Positions 24,851 through 38,951 are shown, numbered from the stretch's first letter. The stretch: 64,000 nt of DNA from Podarcis liolepis (GCA_965112155.1 OZ218106.1); one strand, 5' to 3'. Notes: generated from the sequence alone by a model not told the origin. Program-made: numbers and translations.

Positions 24851-27800
24851 GTAAGGAACTGCATTACTTCCTAATTTGCTATATACTTGAAATTCAACTT
24901 TGCATTATCAGCTATATATTAGATCACGCAGTCTATTGAATTTGATTATTTCTGTCTCTTTTCTAAACTATTTAAACTTCTGGCAGGTAAGTCCTAGAAT
25001 AGATTTGAGTAAGAGCATTAAATCAGATTCTTTTTCTATTCTTAACTCCTTTTTGTTTTTCTTGTTTGTGCGTAGCACGACACCTTAAAATTATTTCAGT
25101 GCCATATTGACAACAAGGGGTTGATAATGTACCTGACTATTCATGAGGACCCTTGGAGCCCTTGAAGACAGATAAAATCAGGGCTCAACTGATTATAAAA
25201 GTTCACCACTGTAAAGGGAGGAGTGGAACGCTAACCCTGCTGGTAATTTTGGCTGCTGAGCTACAGTGACATGGACACAAGTTTCAACCCCTGCCACTGA
25301 TCGATAGTCTAGCAGAAGTATGTGATGAGCAGCCACAACAATTAACAGTCCTGCTTTACTGCAAGGGAAAGTGTGACACATACACGCCTTCTAGAGGTGA
25401 TATTAGCCCCCTCAGTTCTGAAATAGTTGTCATATTTGGTGAAATTAAAATGATTTATTGTCTGGCAAGCATAAGTTTTGCCAGCACTCTTCCCTTCCTA
25501 GAACTGCTTTTGTTTTGAGTTCCAAATTAGATTGCAAATTCATTTTTTATCTGAAGCTTGAGATGTCGTCTAACGTTGTATGCTTACTTGCTTCAGTTTT
25601 TGGAGAAAAGCTCAGAACATGAACTGAATGTTTCTCTTTCTGACATTAGTGTATTACTGGAAACCAAACTCTGTAATTTTGGGTGGTTGGTCAGTGTTTG
25701 CTGGCCAATATCATTGAGTTCCAGTTGCAGTACTACCATTAGTAGACCTCTGTTTCCTGACCAAATATGTCATTTTGGCTAAATATGTGGAATGTAACAG
25801 CTATAGCTATTCTTGTTAACATATAAGTAGTGTCGATTGCTGTCAGAATTGGAGTACAATGAACTTCTATACAAAAAGGGGCCAAGACTTTTTTTTATTC
25901 TCTATTTGACAAGTAGCTGCGTTGGGCAAAGGCAAACCTCCCAAAAGATTTATTTCATGTGTAATAGCCCACTGATTAAAAGTGCTAGTTTGAAGCAGTA
26001 GGACAACTATATAATGAGCCACTATCTGACTGGTTAATAGTTCTATTTGCACCATGTTAAGCCGCAATTTGGTACCTACCACATTGAAGGTACATATATG
26101 TACTTCTAAGACAGTTCCATATTTATACCTGTTGTGTTGGCTCCTTACAGGGAAATGAGTGGCAAAAGCTGTGTGCAAGCTGTGACTGATGTGCGTGGGT
26201 TGAAAGGAGGGGAAGGTGGAGACTTCATCCTATGGACTGAATGCGGTTCTGTAATATTTGCCAGATAGTCAGTTTACTTGAAATGCTGCAGGTTTCCCCT
26301 TTGCATCATTTTCAGAAATTTGCTAAGGATAGTAATTTGAAGGTCAATAATTCTTATGTTGATTGTCTTTGAATTCTGTCACAATGACTTCATTAGCTAT
26401 AGACACCCTAAGGGGAAGGAGGTTTGGCAGCCATTCAGATGTTAAGATAAATTGATATCTTTGCTCTCTTCACAAAAAATAAAAAGCTGTACTGACAATG
26501 TGCAGTGATAAGTGTCTGTAAGATGTCAAAAACTCTTTTGACAGTTAGTAGCACTACCTGTTATTCTAGCCTAGTCTATGTTTGCACAGATTGCACCTTA
26601 TTAAATGTAACCAACAATATCCACTCTTGTATAGATCTCTGCACATTTTGAGTAGCAGAATATTCTGAAATGTCATCCACATCTGGTGTAAATAGTTTTG
26701 CAATGACGCAATCTGTGGCAGTGATGGAAGGTCCTGCTAGGATCAGCATGCTTCTGTTTGCACACTAGTGCTTCCATAAGTGCCTCATATAGTATTTATT
26801 CACTGTGGGGAACAGCAAATTCTGGTAAGTTCCCCTTGGTTTTGAGCCACATGCAGGCAAAAGTCAGAGGAATTTATGGCACCCAAATTAGGGGGGGGCA
26901 TTTTCTCTTGGAAATCACTCTTCTTGATTTTGTCTTTTTGTAACCATGAAGCACTACTTATGTCTGTGGATTAGTTTTGGACATAGCAGTCCCCTCTTCC
27001 TTCTCTTCCATACACACAAGAAAAAGATCTAAAATTTCTTCTGCTTTAGAGCATGCATGGAGAATCTCCAGCCTGTGGGCATAGTTTGACCTGGCATGGA
27101 TCCCAGTATGGCTGTTTTCCCCAAGCTACGCCCTCCTGCACCACACCTGACATCATGTGGGGTTGGTAGAAATGTAGCAGCCAAGGAACAATTGGGAGCC
27201 TTAAAGTCCTTCCGGTCGTTCCTTGGCAAGGAATGCTCACTGTTGGTGCCAATCATTTGATCAGCAGTAACAGCATACAGAAAGCTAGATTTCAGGGGAC
27301 AGGATTTTAGCCTTCTCCCAGCTTTCCTCAGGGACATACCTGCTATTTGTGATTCAAAGCTAATGATTCAAAGTTGTGGCTAAGAAGAAGGCTTTAAATA
27401 TTTGATACTGAAAGATAGAGGAATATAGGAATATAAATAATTGCCTGAAAATAATTTTGCAGGCCTCTGGATTGTAGTGAAATCCACTTCTTCATGGGAA
27501 GATTTGAGGGAACATAATTGTTTTGCAATATCCTGTTTTTGCACTGCGTTGATCTTAGAAGGGTGTGTGGGAGCTATGGGACCTATAATTTTCTCCCTTA
27601 AGTTGCTGAGTTCTATACTATACACTCCTTTAAAGCACCTGCGTCTCCAAGAAATAAATGTAAAGTGTTAAAACTTCAGGACAATGGAACTTCCAGAAGA
27701 TCTGTCATCTTAAATAACTATATGTGGCATGGCACACAGATCTTTTAGTTTGAGGTTACTTCAATAATTCAAAAATGCATTTAAAAGCCTTTGCTGTCTT

Positions 27801-28642
27801 CTAATGATGGCATTAATAAACGATAAAGCTACAGTTATAGCAACATTCATAAAAATGTGCTCTGTCCCGTACATTCTCAACAGTTCTGAACATTTTGAAC
27901 ACAAGCTAGTTTTATAGATGTGCATTTAGCGTTCAAATAGTAAATGAAAAAAGCATACATTGTTCCTTGTTGCCACTTCCCTTTTTATAGAAAGTATTCA
28001 GATATGATGGGTTGTATCCTATGCTTGCACTACAGAACTTTCAGTTTTGCTCCTTCCCTGCACCCCCCAAAAAAAAACATTTCTGGGGGACCTCCAACGT
28101 TTGGAATACGATTTTGGGGGCTTTTATGCTTTCTTTTACGTCAGTGTTGCTCTATTGGTATGTGTGAGTATTGCTGACTATTATGGGCTGCCATTAAAAG
28201 TATTGTGAATTATAAGCGAATACATAAATCTAACTCAAAACACTTGATTTTAAAATTCTGTTTAGTCAGTAAAATACAGCAATGTCTAGATGTGCTGTCT
28301 GAGTATTGTAATCAGATGTTCATATTATTTTAAGTGTGTCCATCCCACATAGTTCACCCACAAAGTCTGATTTCCCAGCCTTTAGTTGTAAACACCCAAA
28401 AGACTGAATAATAGAAGAAGTGAACAATGAACAAATAGTTGCCATACAGCACTGATGCCTTTTTTCACACTGACTTTTATTTTGATGTGTTGCAAGATTG
28501 CCACTCTATATTTTTGCTTATTAAAGGGAAGGAATATCAATTGAGATCGTATTTGTTTGCCTTGTAGCAAAAGTTGCTGCAGGGAGCCCAAATGGTAACT
28601 GCTACAGTTAACTGATGTAGCATATTTCCAGACGTTCTGGAG

Positions 28643-28767
28643 CAGGCATAGGCAAACTCGTCCCTCCAGATGTTTGGGACTACAACTCCCATCATCCCTG
28701 ATGTTAGCTAGGGATGATGGGAGTTGTAGTCCCAAAACATCTGGAGGGACGAGTTTGCCTATGCCTG
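28643..28767. mobile_element. URR1-like hAT MITE, near-perfect 125-bp palindrome
   Basis: Ends CAGGCATAGGCAAACTCG and CGAGTTTGCCTATGCCTG; perfect 8-bp TSD TTCTGGAG. Confidence 0.92.
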
Positions 28768-29727
28768 TTCTGGAGGGATAGTCATGTTTAGCAAAGCTAT
28801 TGTAGCAAAACTAAAAAAAGACTTGTAACACTTCAAAAACTAACAAATTTATTATGGCTTAAGTTGTGGATCAGATTCATAGAAGTTTTTGTCCTAAGCT
28901 AGAAGATGTGTGGGGAGGGGGAGAGAGAGAGAGAGGTAGGTAGTTCTGGAGGAAACAAAAGTCAGTTTTGCAGAGGTGAAATAATAACAGAAAAGGATGA
29001 TAGTACTGCTAAATTTTAAGAATATCCACGGATCAAAATTGAGTATGTATGTGAAAAGATGAAGCAGACGCCTCTCTTATAGGAGTCCACAACTTTTATT
29101 TTACTAGTCTCCTTCAGGGGTTTCCATCCATTCAGTCATCTGCAGCATTTGTTCTGCTCTTCTGGACATATCTGATAGAAATTCATTCTTACTGTTTTCA
29201 CCTGAATGGTGTCCATTGTCCCTCCTGGACACTTAGATTGGAATATTGGCTGAAGTGTTTTTCAGCAATGTCCTGTGAAGAAAGTGGCAGTCCATTCCCC
29301 TTTTTTGTTATTTATAATTAAAAACCACTCATCTATATGTAGCATCATTTGAATTATGTGCTTTGTGCTGTTGTCATTTTGAAGAATGTCTGCAGAAGTA
29401 GAATGTTTGGCCTACCTCCTGATGATGGTAGCTTGTTGGAAGATACTTGACATAATCCAGGGTGTGCTGTGGCTTAAGAATGTAGGATTTTTTAAACTCT
29501 GAAGCTCCAAAATTTTTGGGTACTCTCTTTGCCTCCATACACTGCACTCTTGTTTTCCTCTCATATCAACAGCTACTGATTCCACATCTGCACAGCTTTT
29601 TAACTGTGAAGAATGTTGGAAAACTATTTGTTTGTTCTTAAAACTGGAACACCTTGGGGTTAACCTCTGATCATCTTCGATATTCAATTACATGCCTTTT
29701 CATCTTTAACTTTATCCTTGTCCACAG

Positions 29728-29886
29728 GTGAAAGTATTGCACAATCAGCTTGTTCTGTTCCACAATGCCATTGCAGCATACTTTGCGGGGAATCAAAAAC
29801 AGCTTGAACAGACTCTTAAACTATTCCATATCAAATTGAAAACGCCTGGAGTAGATGCTCCATCCTGGCTTGAAGATCAGCAATAG
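29728..29886 (+). CDS. ARFIP1: Arfaptin-1 terminal coding exon, [52 protein letters not shown]
   Basis: ccacag| acceptor, TAG at 29884-29886. Spliced CDS from 5654 totals 1125 nt (374 aa plus stop). Confidence 0.97.
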   Translation: MKVLHNQLVLFHNAIAAYFAGNQKQLEQTLKLFHIKLKTPGVDAPSWLEDQQ

Positions 29887-31100
29887 GACCACAGCATGAA
29901 GATCCCTTGATCAACCAAGAATATTGTACACCTAATGAGAATCAATGAATTTGTATAAGGAGGACTGTTTGTAATGATACTTGCACAAGCAGCTTTAATT
30001 TCCCCCTTGATAATAATTACTATAATAGTTTGGGAGGGTGGATGGATGTAACCAAATGTAACTTGCCATTTCAGAAACAGATCTTTTTTGTATTTGAGGG
30101 TGGATGGTTTTCTGTAGTAGGGAAATATAGATTTGCACTGACAAAGATGTTCGTGATCTCCGGTAATTGTGGTGGCTAGATGAGAATTTTTTCAAAGGGA
30201 GATGCTCATGGTTTGTATCAACATCAGATATTTTATATAAATGTATTAAGCTTCTCTAAAGATTCTTTTTTCATGTAAATGTGTTAAAAGAATAAATGTT
30301 TTACAGAGTAATAATATAAGGAAGGCCTTCAAGCAACATCCACAAAATATCAGTGGCTGGCTGATACGTGGAATTGCAGCAAATAGCTTTTTTAAAAAAA
30401 TGTTGGATCATTCAATTTTGTGGTTCAGAAACACTAAATATAGAATTGCCCTCTTGGTCTGAAGCTTTGAAAACACATTTTAGCATTGTAAAGATGAACT
30501 GTTGGAGAAGCAGACCATAGCCCTACTTCTTTAATATTTAAATGTCTATTAAAAAAAATACCTTTACTTGCCTTAAATTCAGAAGTGCCTTTTGCAACAC
30601 ACTTTGTACACAGTGTACATAATCTGTAAGAAACCCTCTTTGGATTGATGACTTTTTAAAGAGACAGTCTGAGGCCAGTCTGGGTTGTGTGTGCTTCTGT
30701 TGAACGGCAGACCATGTCACATGACTAATATGACTGATTGTTTCTTTTCTCAATCAATAGTGTAACCTTTATTAAACATACATTTCTGTTCTCTTATAGC
30801 CTTTTAAAATTCACTGTTATGGAGCATCCTCAATTGCACATTATCCACTGCTTTTTGTGTTTATATAAATGAAGTAAAAATAACTTAACACAGTTTATAT
30901 GGATTGTACAATTATGTATTATATGTTGAAATGATTCAGTTGCTTCTTTAAATGGTTTAGTTTAAGTCTTAATGTAATGTGTGTATCAAGTACATTTTAA
31001 ATCATTCCTTATTACATTCTTGTCTGTTCAATGACTTTTTGCAATTGGATTTTTTCTCTTGCAATAACTTTACCAAGTTACCATTCCTCAGAATGTGCCT
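29887..31100 (+). other. ARFIP1: ARFIP1 3'UTR (end uncertain) with poly(A) signal candidates
   Basis: AT-rich stretch with no recognisable repeat after the stop codon; AATAAA at 30291-30296, ATTAAA at ~30548 and ~30771. Confidence 0.6.
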
Positions 31101-34100
31101 CCGTTGTTAACTTTGTTTTCATACTAAAGGTGTTTGCTGCAGTCTGTTTCCTTTATTTCATGGGATTTGTGGATTAACATTTGCACAAACCTTTTTCTTC
31201 CAGCTAAGCCTTGGGGATACTTTTATTAGCCATAGCCCTACAAACAAGATATGATTAGCTGCCTTTCTGACTGGAACTTTTTCCCTCCAATGGCTTTTTC
31301 CCTCCACTGCTAGGAAGGGAAGCAAATGTTCTTGAGGAAGCAGGGCTATAGCAGAAATGTACTCTTCTTCACCCCCTTTGTTCACATTCCTTCAAACAGC
31401 ATGTTCTGTTGCTTTGTCTTGTGTGGACTTACAGCTGGAACGTTGGAGATGCGACAAAAACCTATCAGGGTAGGCAAGGTGAGTCTGTGGTACCAAAAAA
31501 CCACAAATCCTCTGAATAGAAGTGGTATTCATGTGTTTTCATGTATTATAATGTTTTTAAATGTTGACAGCTAAGTTAACAATCATCCTGGCTTTTGTAC
31601 TAGTTGGCTAAAACTTTGCTTGACATATAAACAAAAACTTTCTAAACTGTCTCTTCCCTGCTTACATCCTCATGGCCACAGCTCTGGTAATGTGAAATGG
31701 CTAACTCTCAAGATGACAATATAGCAAGCATAGCAAAACTTGTTTGTCAGCTGGGTAGATTTAGTTGTCTCCCCCTAATTCTTCAGTCTTTCCTATGACA
31801 GTTCTTTCTTTTTTAAGTACCTAGCCCATTTATCATTTTATACTTTCCTCCAGCCGTAGGCTGTGCTGTTGGAATCCTTCATAAGTTTCAACTTCGCGTG
31901 TGACATCTCCATGCAGTAAAACGGCTAAATGGGGGCTGGGGGCTGCCTTGAGCTTTCAAACTTCCTCCTTTAAAATTTATCTAGCACTTTCACAAAGCAA
32001 CTATTGGCCAAGTTCACATCTTTTGTGCTCAGTCTGATAATAACTGACTTCACAGAAACCCTGAGTTTGTTCCTAGAGTTCTGTTTTTACTTGTCACTGT
32101 CATTTTCCTTCTCTATTTGCATTTCTCACTTCTTATGGCGCTGTGTGACATGGTGAATTTCTGTATATCAGTTTGAGAAATTGTCTGGAGGTACAGGCCA
32201 TGAAATATTTATCAAAGAATTTCAAATTCTGCACTGAAGAATTTGAAATCATCGCACAAGGAAAATCATAAAATCTTTTGCAAAATAATCTACATACACA
32301 AATAGGTGTAAATTGAATGTGGTACTTTGTATTATGCAATCTACATATTTTTTTCCGGTGCTGCAGGTTGTCATACTGCCATACTGGTGTCAGAAGCATA
32401 GATCAGTAGTAACTGAAATAGAAATCAGGATCACTTTTGTCTCAGGGAGTTGGACTAGATGACCCTTGGAGTTCCTTCTTACTTTTTAGTTCTATGACTA
32501 TGCACAGTAAGGCACAATGCAATCCCACTATAAATGCACTAGATTCCACCACTTTTCTAGTGCAAGCTTAAGTGCTTCTATGAAGGGTGCACTAGTAAAC
32601 ATTGCAGTGTCTAAGCTCTTAGTTGTAAGGATAGTTCTTTATGACTAGATCAAAGACACGGACTAGATCAAATCCAGCTTGATGTGGACACAATAAAATG
32701 GAACGTTCCAAAGGATGCTTAGTGCTTTGATTTAAAAAAAAAATAATAATCAAGGTTTGTAAGATACTATAGGGACTTGGATATCTTAGAAAGCTGGGAT
32801 CAGGGAAGTGGGTGTTTTTGGAGGGGAGGAATTTTTTGAACTTTGTTAGGAGCATTGGCTTCTCTCCACTGAAAGGAAATAAACACAGATAAATGAATCC
32901 AAACCTGGAGTGGCAGTGGCCTACTGTGGAGGTCCCTGCTCTACCCACCGAATGCATGAACAGGAGAAGCTACTACCAGTGGTAGTCAATGTACCATATT
33001 TCACTGCATAATAGTTGCACCACCACCCCTAAAAGCTGTCCCCAGAGCATTCCCCACGTAATAGTCGCAGCGGCGAAAATGCCTTGCCGGTGGGACATTA
33101 GTTTTGCCTAACAGCATTTGCCCGCTTTTGTAATTGAAATTGCTCTTAGCACAGCTGTTTCCCAGCCTCTTCCTGTTCCTACCTGTGGAACTTGCCCGTT
33201 GGCTGAGCCGGCCCTCAACCCACAGAGGATGAGGCAGCCTCGTGCGAGGAGCGAGAGCGGCAGCTGAGGAGGCCTCACCCGAGAGGAGTATGGAGATGGA
33301 GGAGAAATGTGGTGGCAAGGTCCTGGCCAGTGGCCTGTGCCCGTGGATATGCCCAGCAATTGTAAACTGCCTGCTCTAGAGGGGTGTGCGCCTAAGGCCC
33401 CTTGCAATGGGCCTACTTCTCCGTGGGGGGTTTGCAGGGCGGGGTTAAGAGACCAGGCTAAGCTATGCATTTACTGTATTTCACCACATAATGGTTTCCA
33501 CCGCATAAGCCGCACCCCTCTTTTTTGAAAATAAAAATCGGCGTTAAAAATGTGACTTATGGGGTGAAATATGATAACCCTGGAATGAAGGAATATGGAA
33601 CTGATCTAGCCAAGGAGCCACTGGACCCTAAGGTGCTCGTATCTATTGACAAATCTTGTGAGGCGTCTGAGCCACGCCTGTTTGCTGCGCCAGCCTGGAG
33701 GTGGTGCAGCAAATGTATTCTTTCCGCGCCCCACCTTCTACTCTGGCTGCCACAAATGGTGGAACACCAGATGCCGCAGTGATTCCCATCACTCACTACT
33801 TCCCTCCAGGAGTTCAGATTGTGCTCTTTATCTCATTGTTAAGGAAATTAAGAGGAGATAGTGAAGGATTTCACAACCACTCATTATACACTAGGAGTGT
33901 CCCATGTACCAAATAAGATGCAGGAGTTAAATACAAAATTCCTCACATGAATCTTGAAATAGGTTACTGACATGCTCTCTGTTGTTGCATAGATAGGCAC
34001 ATTTTTAGGTTCAGACGGCACATATTATCCAAAACTACTAAGTAATTCGTGACTGAGCTGGATTGGTATTACAGTTAAACCTTGAACAATAAACTGTCCT

Positions 34101-35819
34101 TGGTAGAGTGGCATACTGTTACCATTTTTGTTGCAGCTACTGATGTTGGTGGGAGTTTGCCGTCTGCATAAATGATAAAGGGAGGCCTTCGCGTATATGT
34201 CATCCTCAGAGCTTGGCCCTCTAAAAACAATGTCGTAAGTGTGCAGAAGGACAGAACGTTTCCTACGAAGAATTGTGCACTGTGTGGGCAGCTGGCCACT
34301 GCCCATAAGACAAACTCACAAACCCAAGTGGAAATTTTCCTCTGGGCTGTGAATATTCATAATGACAACTAGTAGAAATTACATGATCATTATTAGCATT
34401 ACCATCCCTGACGCAATTCCAGTATGTGAACAAATAGGTCTACTTTTTCTAATCTCAACCGTAAGCTTGTATTTTCTTAGAAGGTGTATTACATTTTTGA
34501 GTGTGGCCTCTTGAGTGCTATATTACTGTGCAAACTCCTGAAAGGTATCTGGAGGTAGTCCTTGGTCTGGATAATTAATGATATCAGTTGTGGGATTTAA
34601 TTGTGAAATATACATTATCTACCATTGTTAAGTGCTTTAAGATTTCATTTGATCACAATGGGAGCGATTAAAGCACTTACGGTAATTGATTTTAATGCAG
34701 TAAGACATAAGTGTTTAGCTCTGGTTAGATTGTTTTCCTTAGGTTGTTTTCTCAATATGTCAGAAACAATTTCCTCTCATAAAGGGAACCCCCTTTTTTC
34801 CAAAAAGCAAAAATAGTAAATAAGGATGGCCCCTCTCCCTGCTTTTGGCGGGACAGTAAGAATGCTTTGCTGTTGTAATATTTCTGCTTACAGTGCATTG
34901 ATTTCAGCTTCTATGGTGTGTCTCTGTAAATGCACAAAATCCAGAAAACCTAGACACTAAACACTGGATTGGGAATGCTGGCTGGAATCACACAGATAGC
35001 ACAAGTTCATGCAATTAACAGCAGGGTCGATTTGTGCTTTGACTTGGAGTGGTTGCAAAGCATTGACATGAGTCTAGTAAAAATCAACAAAGGTGATGCC
35101 CCCTTAGCCGTAGTTGTTAATTATTAAGGAGACTTACTATAACGATAGTAACATTAAAAAACACAAAAACAAAAAAACCCAGCCAGTACAGAGCAAGGCT
35201 GTGTGAACCCTACAGAAGCACATTCTGGTTTAAAATAATTAAGAGTTACTTATATATATATAGGTGGTGATGCTTGTGTGATAATCTGAACTTTTAAAGG
35301 GTTTTTGCATAAGCCTCATGGCAAGCCTTCACCTTAAGCAGCCTCTGCCATCACTGCTTGTGTTCTTTCTTTCTTTCTGGGTTTCAAAACGCTGACTTCT
35401 CTCTTCTACTCACTATGTGCTGCTCCTGTGTGAACTGTCTAAGCTTCTCCCGTAGCATACCCTGGCCTCCCAGATACTCTGGGAATTTGTCAGAAATTAT
35501 TAGGATTTAGTGACTTGGGGGAAGGGCATTCAGTAACAGGCTCATTTTCTAAGAGATGGTGACTGGAAGAAGCCAAAATACTTGCAAAAATTGAGTTCTT
35601 CCCTTCATTCTCCTTCAACATTAATAACCCTCTCTACTGAGTGTAAGCAGACATCCAGGCACACTCTATTAATGCATTCAAACCAACAAAACTCCTAGTT
35701 CTCGGAACTGTGTTTACACTTCTAGTTAGATGGTTTAACTACATGGTTCATTCTAAAAAGAGAGAGCACTGCAGAAAGAAAAGAAGCATTTACAGAACCA
35801 TGTAATGTTCAGTACACAA

Positions 35820-36030
35820 GCGTGGTAGAGACGTTGGGGAGCTTGGAGACATGGGTTCAAATGCCCACTCCGCCAGGATTGACTCACTGGGTCAATCATT
35901 GTCTCTCAGCCCAACCTATCCCACAAGGTTGTGATGAGGCAAGGATAAAATGGGGAGATGGAAATCCTGTGCACCATTTTACACCTCCTTGGAGGAAAGG
36001 CAGACTGTAAATGTAATAATAATAAATAAT
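35820..36030 (+). mobile_element. Old tRNA-derived SINE (MIR/Squam3-related)
   Basis: Decayed A/B boxes (gtggtagag...gggttcaaatgccc), core tctcagcccaacctatcccacaaggttgt, (AAT)n tail. Confidence 0.6.
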
Positions 36031-36608
36031 GAATATTTATTACCTTGATGTACAGGTAAAAAATGCATGCATATCAACTTTTTCTATACATCAGTTTCCC
36101 TGTAGCCCAATTTTCTACCGACACACAATAAGCCTCATTAAAGATGGAATATAACTAATAATAAATAATAACAACAACAGTACCCAGACAGACTTAGAAA
36201 ATATGTAAAAATAATAAAAATACATTAAGCTAAAACCAGGGGAAAAACACTTCTCAGAGTGCTCACAGTCAGATTATTCACAAGCTCACAAGCACCTGCA
36301 GACACCAATAAAAAGGTGCTTCATAAGCAATATCCAGAGCTGAAACAGAGAAGACGCCTAATGCGACTCTACAAGCAGGTAGTCCCATGAGGAGGGTGTG
36401 ACACTGGAGAAGGCAGTCTTCAAGAAAGCAAATACAGTCACACACACAAAAAGTCGAGAAGAGGGCAGATGTAAACGTGCATTAGGTATGAATACTCCCA
36501 TTAACAACCTACTTGTATCACCTCCTAATGCCCAAGATTCTTCACAAGACAGCAGCCGGTGATACACTACAATCCTATACATGCCTACTTGGAAGTAAGT
36601 CTCACTTC

Positions 36609-36851
36609 CAGTGTGGTGTAGTGGTTAAGAGCGGTAGACTCGTAATCTGGGGAACCGGGTTCGCGTCCCCGCTCCTCCACATGCAGCTGCTGGGTGACTT
36701 TGGGCTAGTCACACTTCTCTGAAGTCTCTCAACCCCACTCACCTCACAGAGTATTTGTTGTGGGGGAGGAAGGGAAAGGAGAATGTTAGCCGCTTTGAGG
36801 CTCCTTAGGGTAGTGATAAAGCAGGATATCAAATCCAAACTCTTCTTCTTC
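36609..36851 (+). mobile_element. Squam3-like tRNA-derived SINE
   Basis: A box TGGTGTAGTGGTT, B box GGGTTCGCGTCCC, (CTT)n tail; close to the copy at 39998. Confidence 0.85.
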
Positions 36852-38109
36852 ACGGAGTTTGAAGGGGTTTGCTCCTAGGCAACCAAAAAAGGCTCCCCAA
36901 ATGGCTTGCAAAAATCATTCCTAAGACAGAGCCTGTCTTCAAGCTTGCAGTCTAAAACTTCTGTGCTATTATGGCTCATTCATCTTTGCTGAATATACAT
37001 GTTTCTGTGGTCTGGTATACCTCCCAGTTCCAGGGAGGGTGAAGGCAAAAAGCTTGTCTTGCTGAAGCCATGGGGAGTACATATTTTGTTAGCACCGGTT
37101 GCTGGGAACTACAGAAGGGATGCGTGCTCCTGCGCTCTGGCCTTGTTTGTGGGTTTTCCATAGGGGGCATCTGGTTGACCACTGTGAGAACAGGCTGCTG
37201 GACTAGATTGCCATTAGCTGATCCAACAGAGCTCTTCTGTTCTTAATTCTGATGTGCGTATAAATGTTGTCTATTCCACATGCAAGAACCTATATAGCAG
37301 CCTTTGCCAAAGATGATGATAAATTGACAATAAGGTTAGTGAGGGCTGTTGTCTAGGGTCCTGCTGCATACTAGGGGTTAGGGCTGGGAGAACTCAGGAA
37401 GGAGTATTCATGATAAGATGTACACAGGATCTACAGTTCTGCTGCATGTGCCCGCAGATCCAGTGGTCATGTGATATAGTTACCAGGCCACATGGAAGGT
37501 CTTGTTCTAAGTCCTGAACAACTCAAGACCAGGTTGCCTGAAAGACTGCCCACTCCTGTAGAAAACCTGTATGATCGCTACTTGTGACCCCTCACCTTAC
37601 AGGATATTTAAATGGTAGTGACCCAAAACGGGCATTTTCTGCTATTGCCCCTGTGTTATGGAATTTCCACATCTTCTGCCATGTGAGGTAGTTTCAGGTA
37701 CCTTGTAAAGACTTGGTCCAGGCTTTCTCTACCCCTGATTTATGTATCAGAATCCCAGTGAATTCCTATTTTATTTGCTGTTATGCTGCTGTCCTATTGG
37801 CTTTTGGTTGTATTTTTTACATTTTAATGATATTGTTCTGATATTGCACACCGCTTAGAGATTTTAAATATATAAAGTGGTTTATAAATGCTAGCTTGTC
37901 TTCCAAGACTGGCTTCCAGGATCTGGCCTTAGCCAAAGAAGGCTATCTGCACTTGAACTGGCAATGAAGTCTGCATCTACAGAAAGGCTTATACCTCTCC
38001 TGCTGTTCCCTATGCACAACACTGAGTGTGTGTATTTAGGGGGGAAGAGAGAAGAGCATCTCTGTACTGGGGGCCAATGTGTATTAAGGTATTTGCATAT
38101 AGATCTTCA

Positions 38110-38195
38110 CATCTGAAGAGGGGTGCACGCACATGAAAGCTCATACCAATAACAAACTTAGTTGCTCTGTAAGGTGCTACTGGAAGGAATTTTTG
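38110..38195. mobile_element. Penelope-like fragment, inverted relative to 21903-22029
   Basis: tctgaagaggggtgcacgcacatgaaagctcatacc...aacttagttg...taaggtgctactggaaggaattt. Confidence 0.65.
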
Positions 38196-38725
38196 CATAT
38201 TATCAGTTCTTAAATACTTCTCAATCTGCAAACTGCCTTATTAATGGTCTCAACAATTTGACAGCTTGTTTTGCAAATGTGAAACTGAGATGGAGCGACT
38301 GATTTGCATAAGGTGACCCGGTGAGGCTGGAGGACAGAGCTGTGGTTTTACATTACCCAGGTGTGTTGGATCCAAATGTGCACTGCCCATGGCAGCTATA
38401 TTTATATCAGCTTCTTCAAATACTGTAAAACATTTGAGTTTTAATCTTAAATGCTCCCGAGTCATAGATGTGCTTTCTCCCCAGAGATAAGAATCTTTTC
38501 TTGGGGGGGGGGGGACATATATATCTGACTGCAGGCAAAATGGCACTGTCAGCAGGCTCAGGGGAATCCCAAGGTTTTAGAAGTACAAGAACAACAGCAA
38601 CAAAAGAATAGGAGTGGAAAACCTTAAACATGGAGCAACCTGATGTTTGGTGGCCATGGAACGCTGTCTCTGTATGGGAATGGGGGAACTGAAAAACTAA
38701 GGGAGATAGACTGTGCAATACAGTA

Positions 38726-38951
38726 CAGTGATACCTCTGGTTAAGTACTTAATTCGTTCTGGAGGTCCATTCTTAACCTGAAACTGTTCTTAACCTGAAG
38801 CACCACTTTAGCTAATGGGGCCTCCCACAGCTGCTGCGCCGCCGCCGCACAATTTCTGTTCTCATCCTGAAGCAAAGTTCTTAACCCGAGGTATTATTTC
38901 TGGGTTAGTGGAGTCTGTAAACTGAAGCGTATGTAACCTGAGGTACCACTG
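38726..38951. mobile_element. Tigger/pogo-like MITE
   Basis: TA-CAGTGATACCTC...GAGGTACCACTG-TA. Confidence 0.88.
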
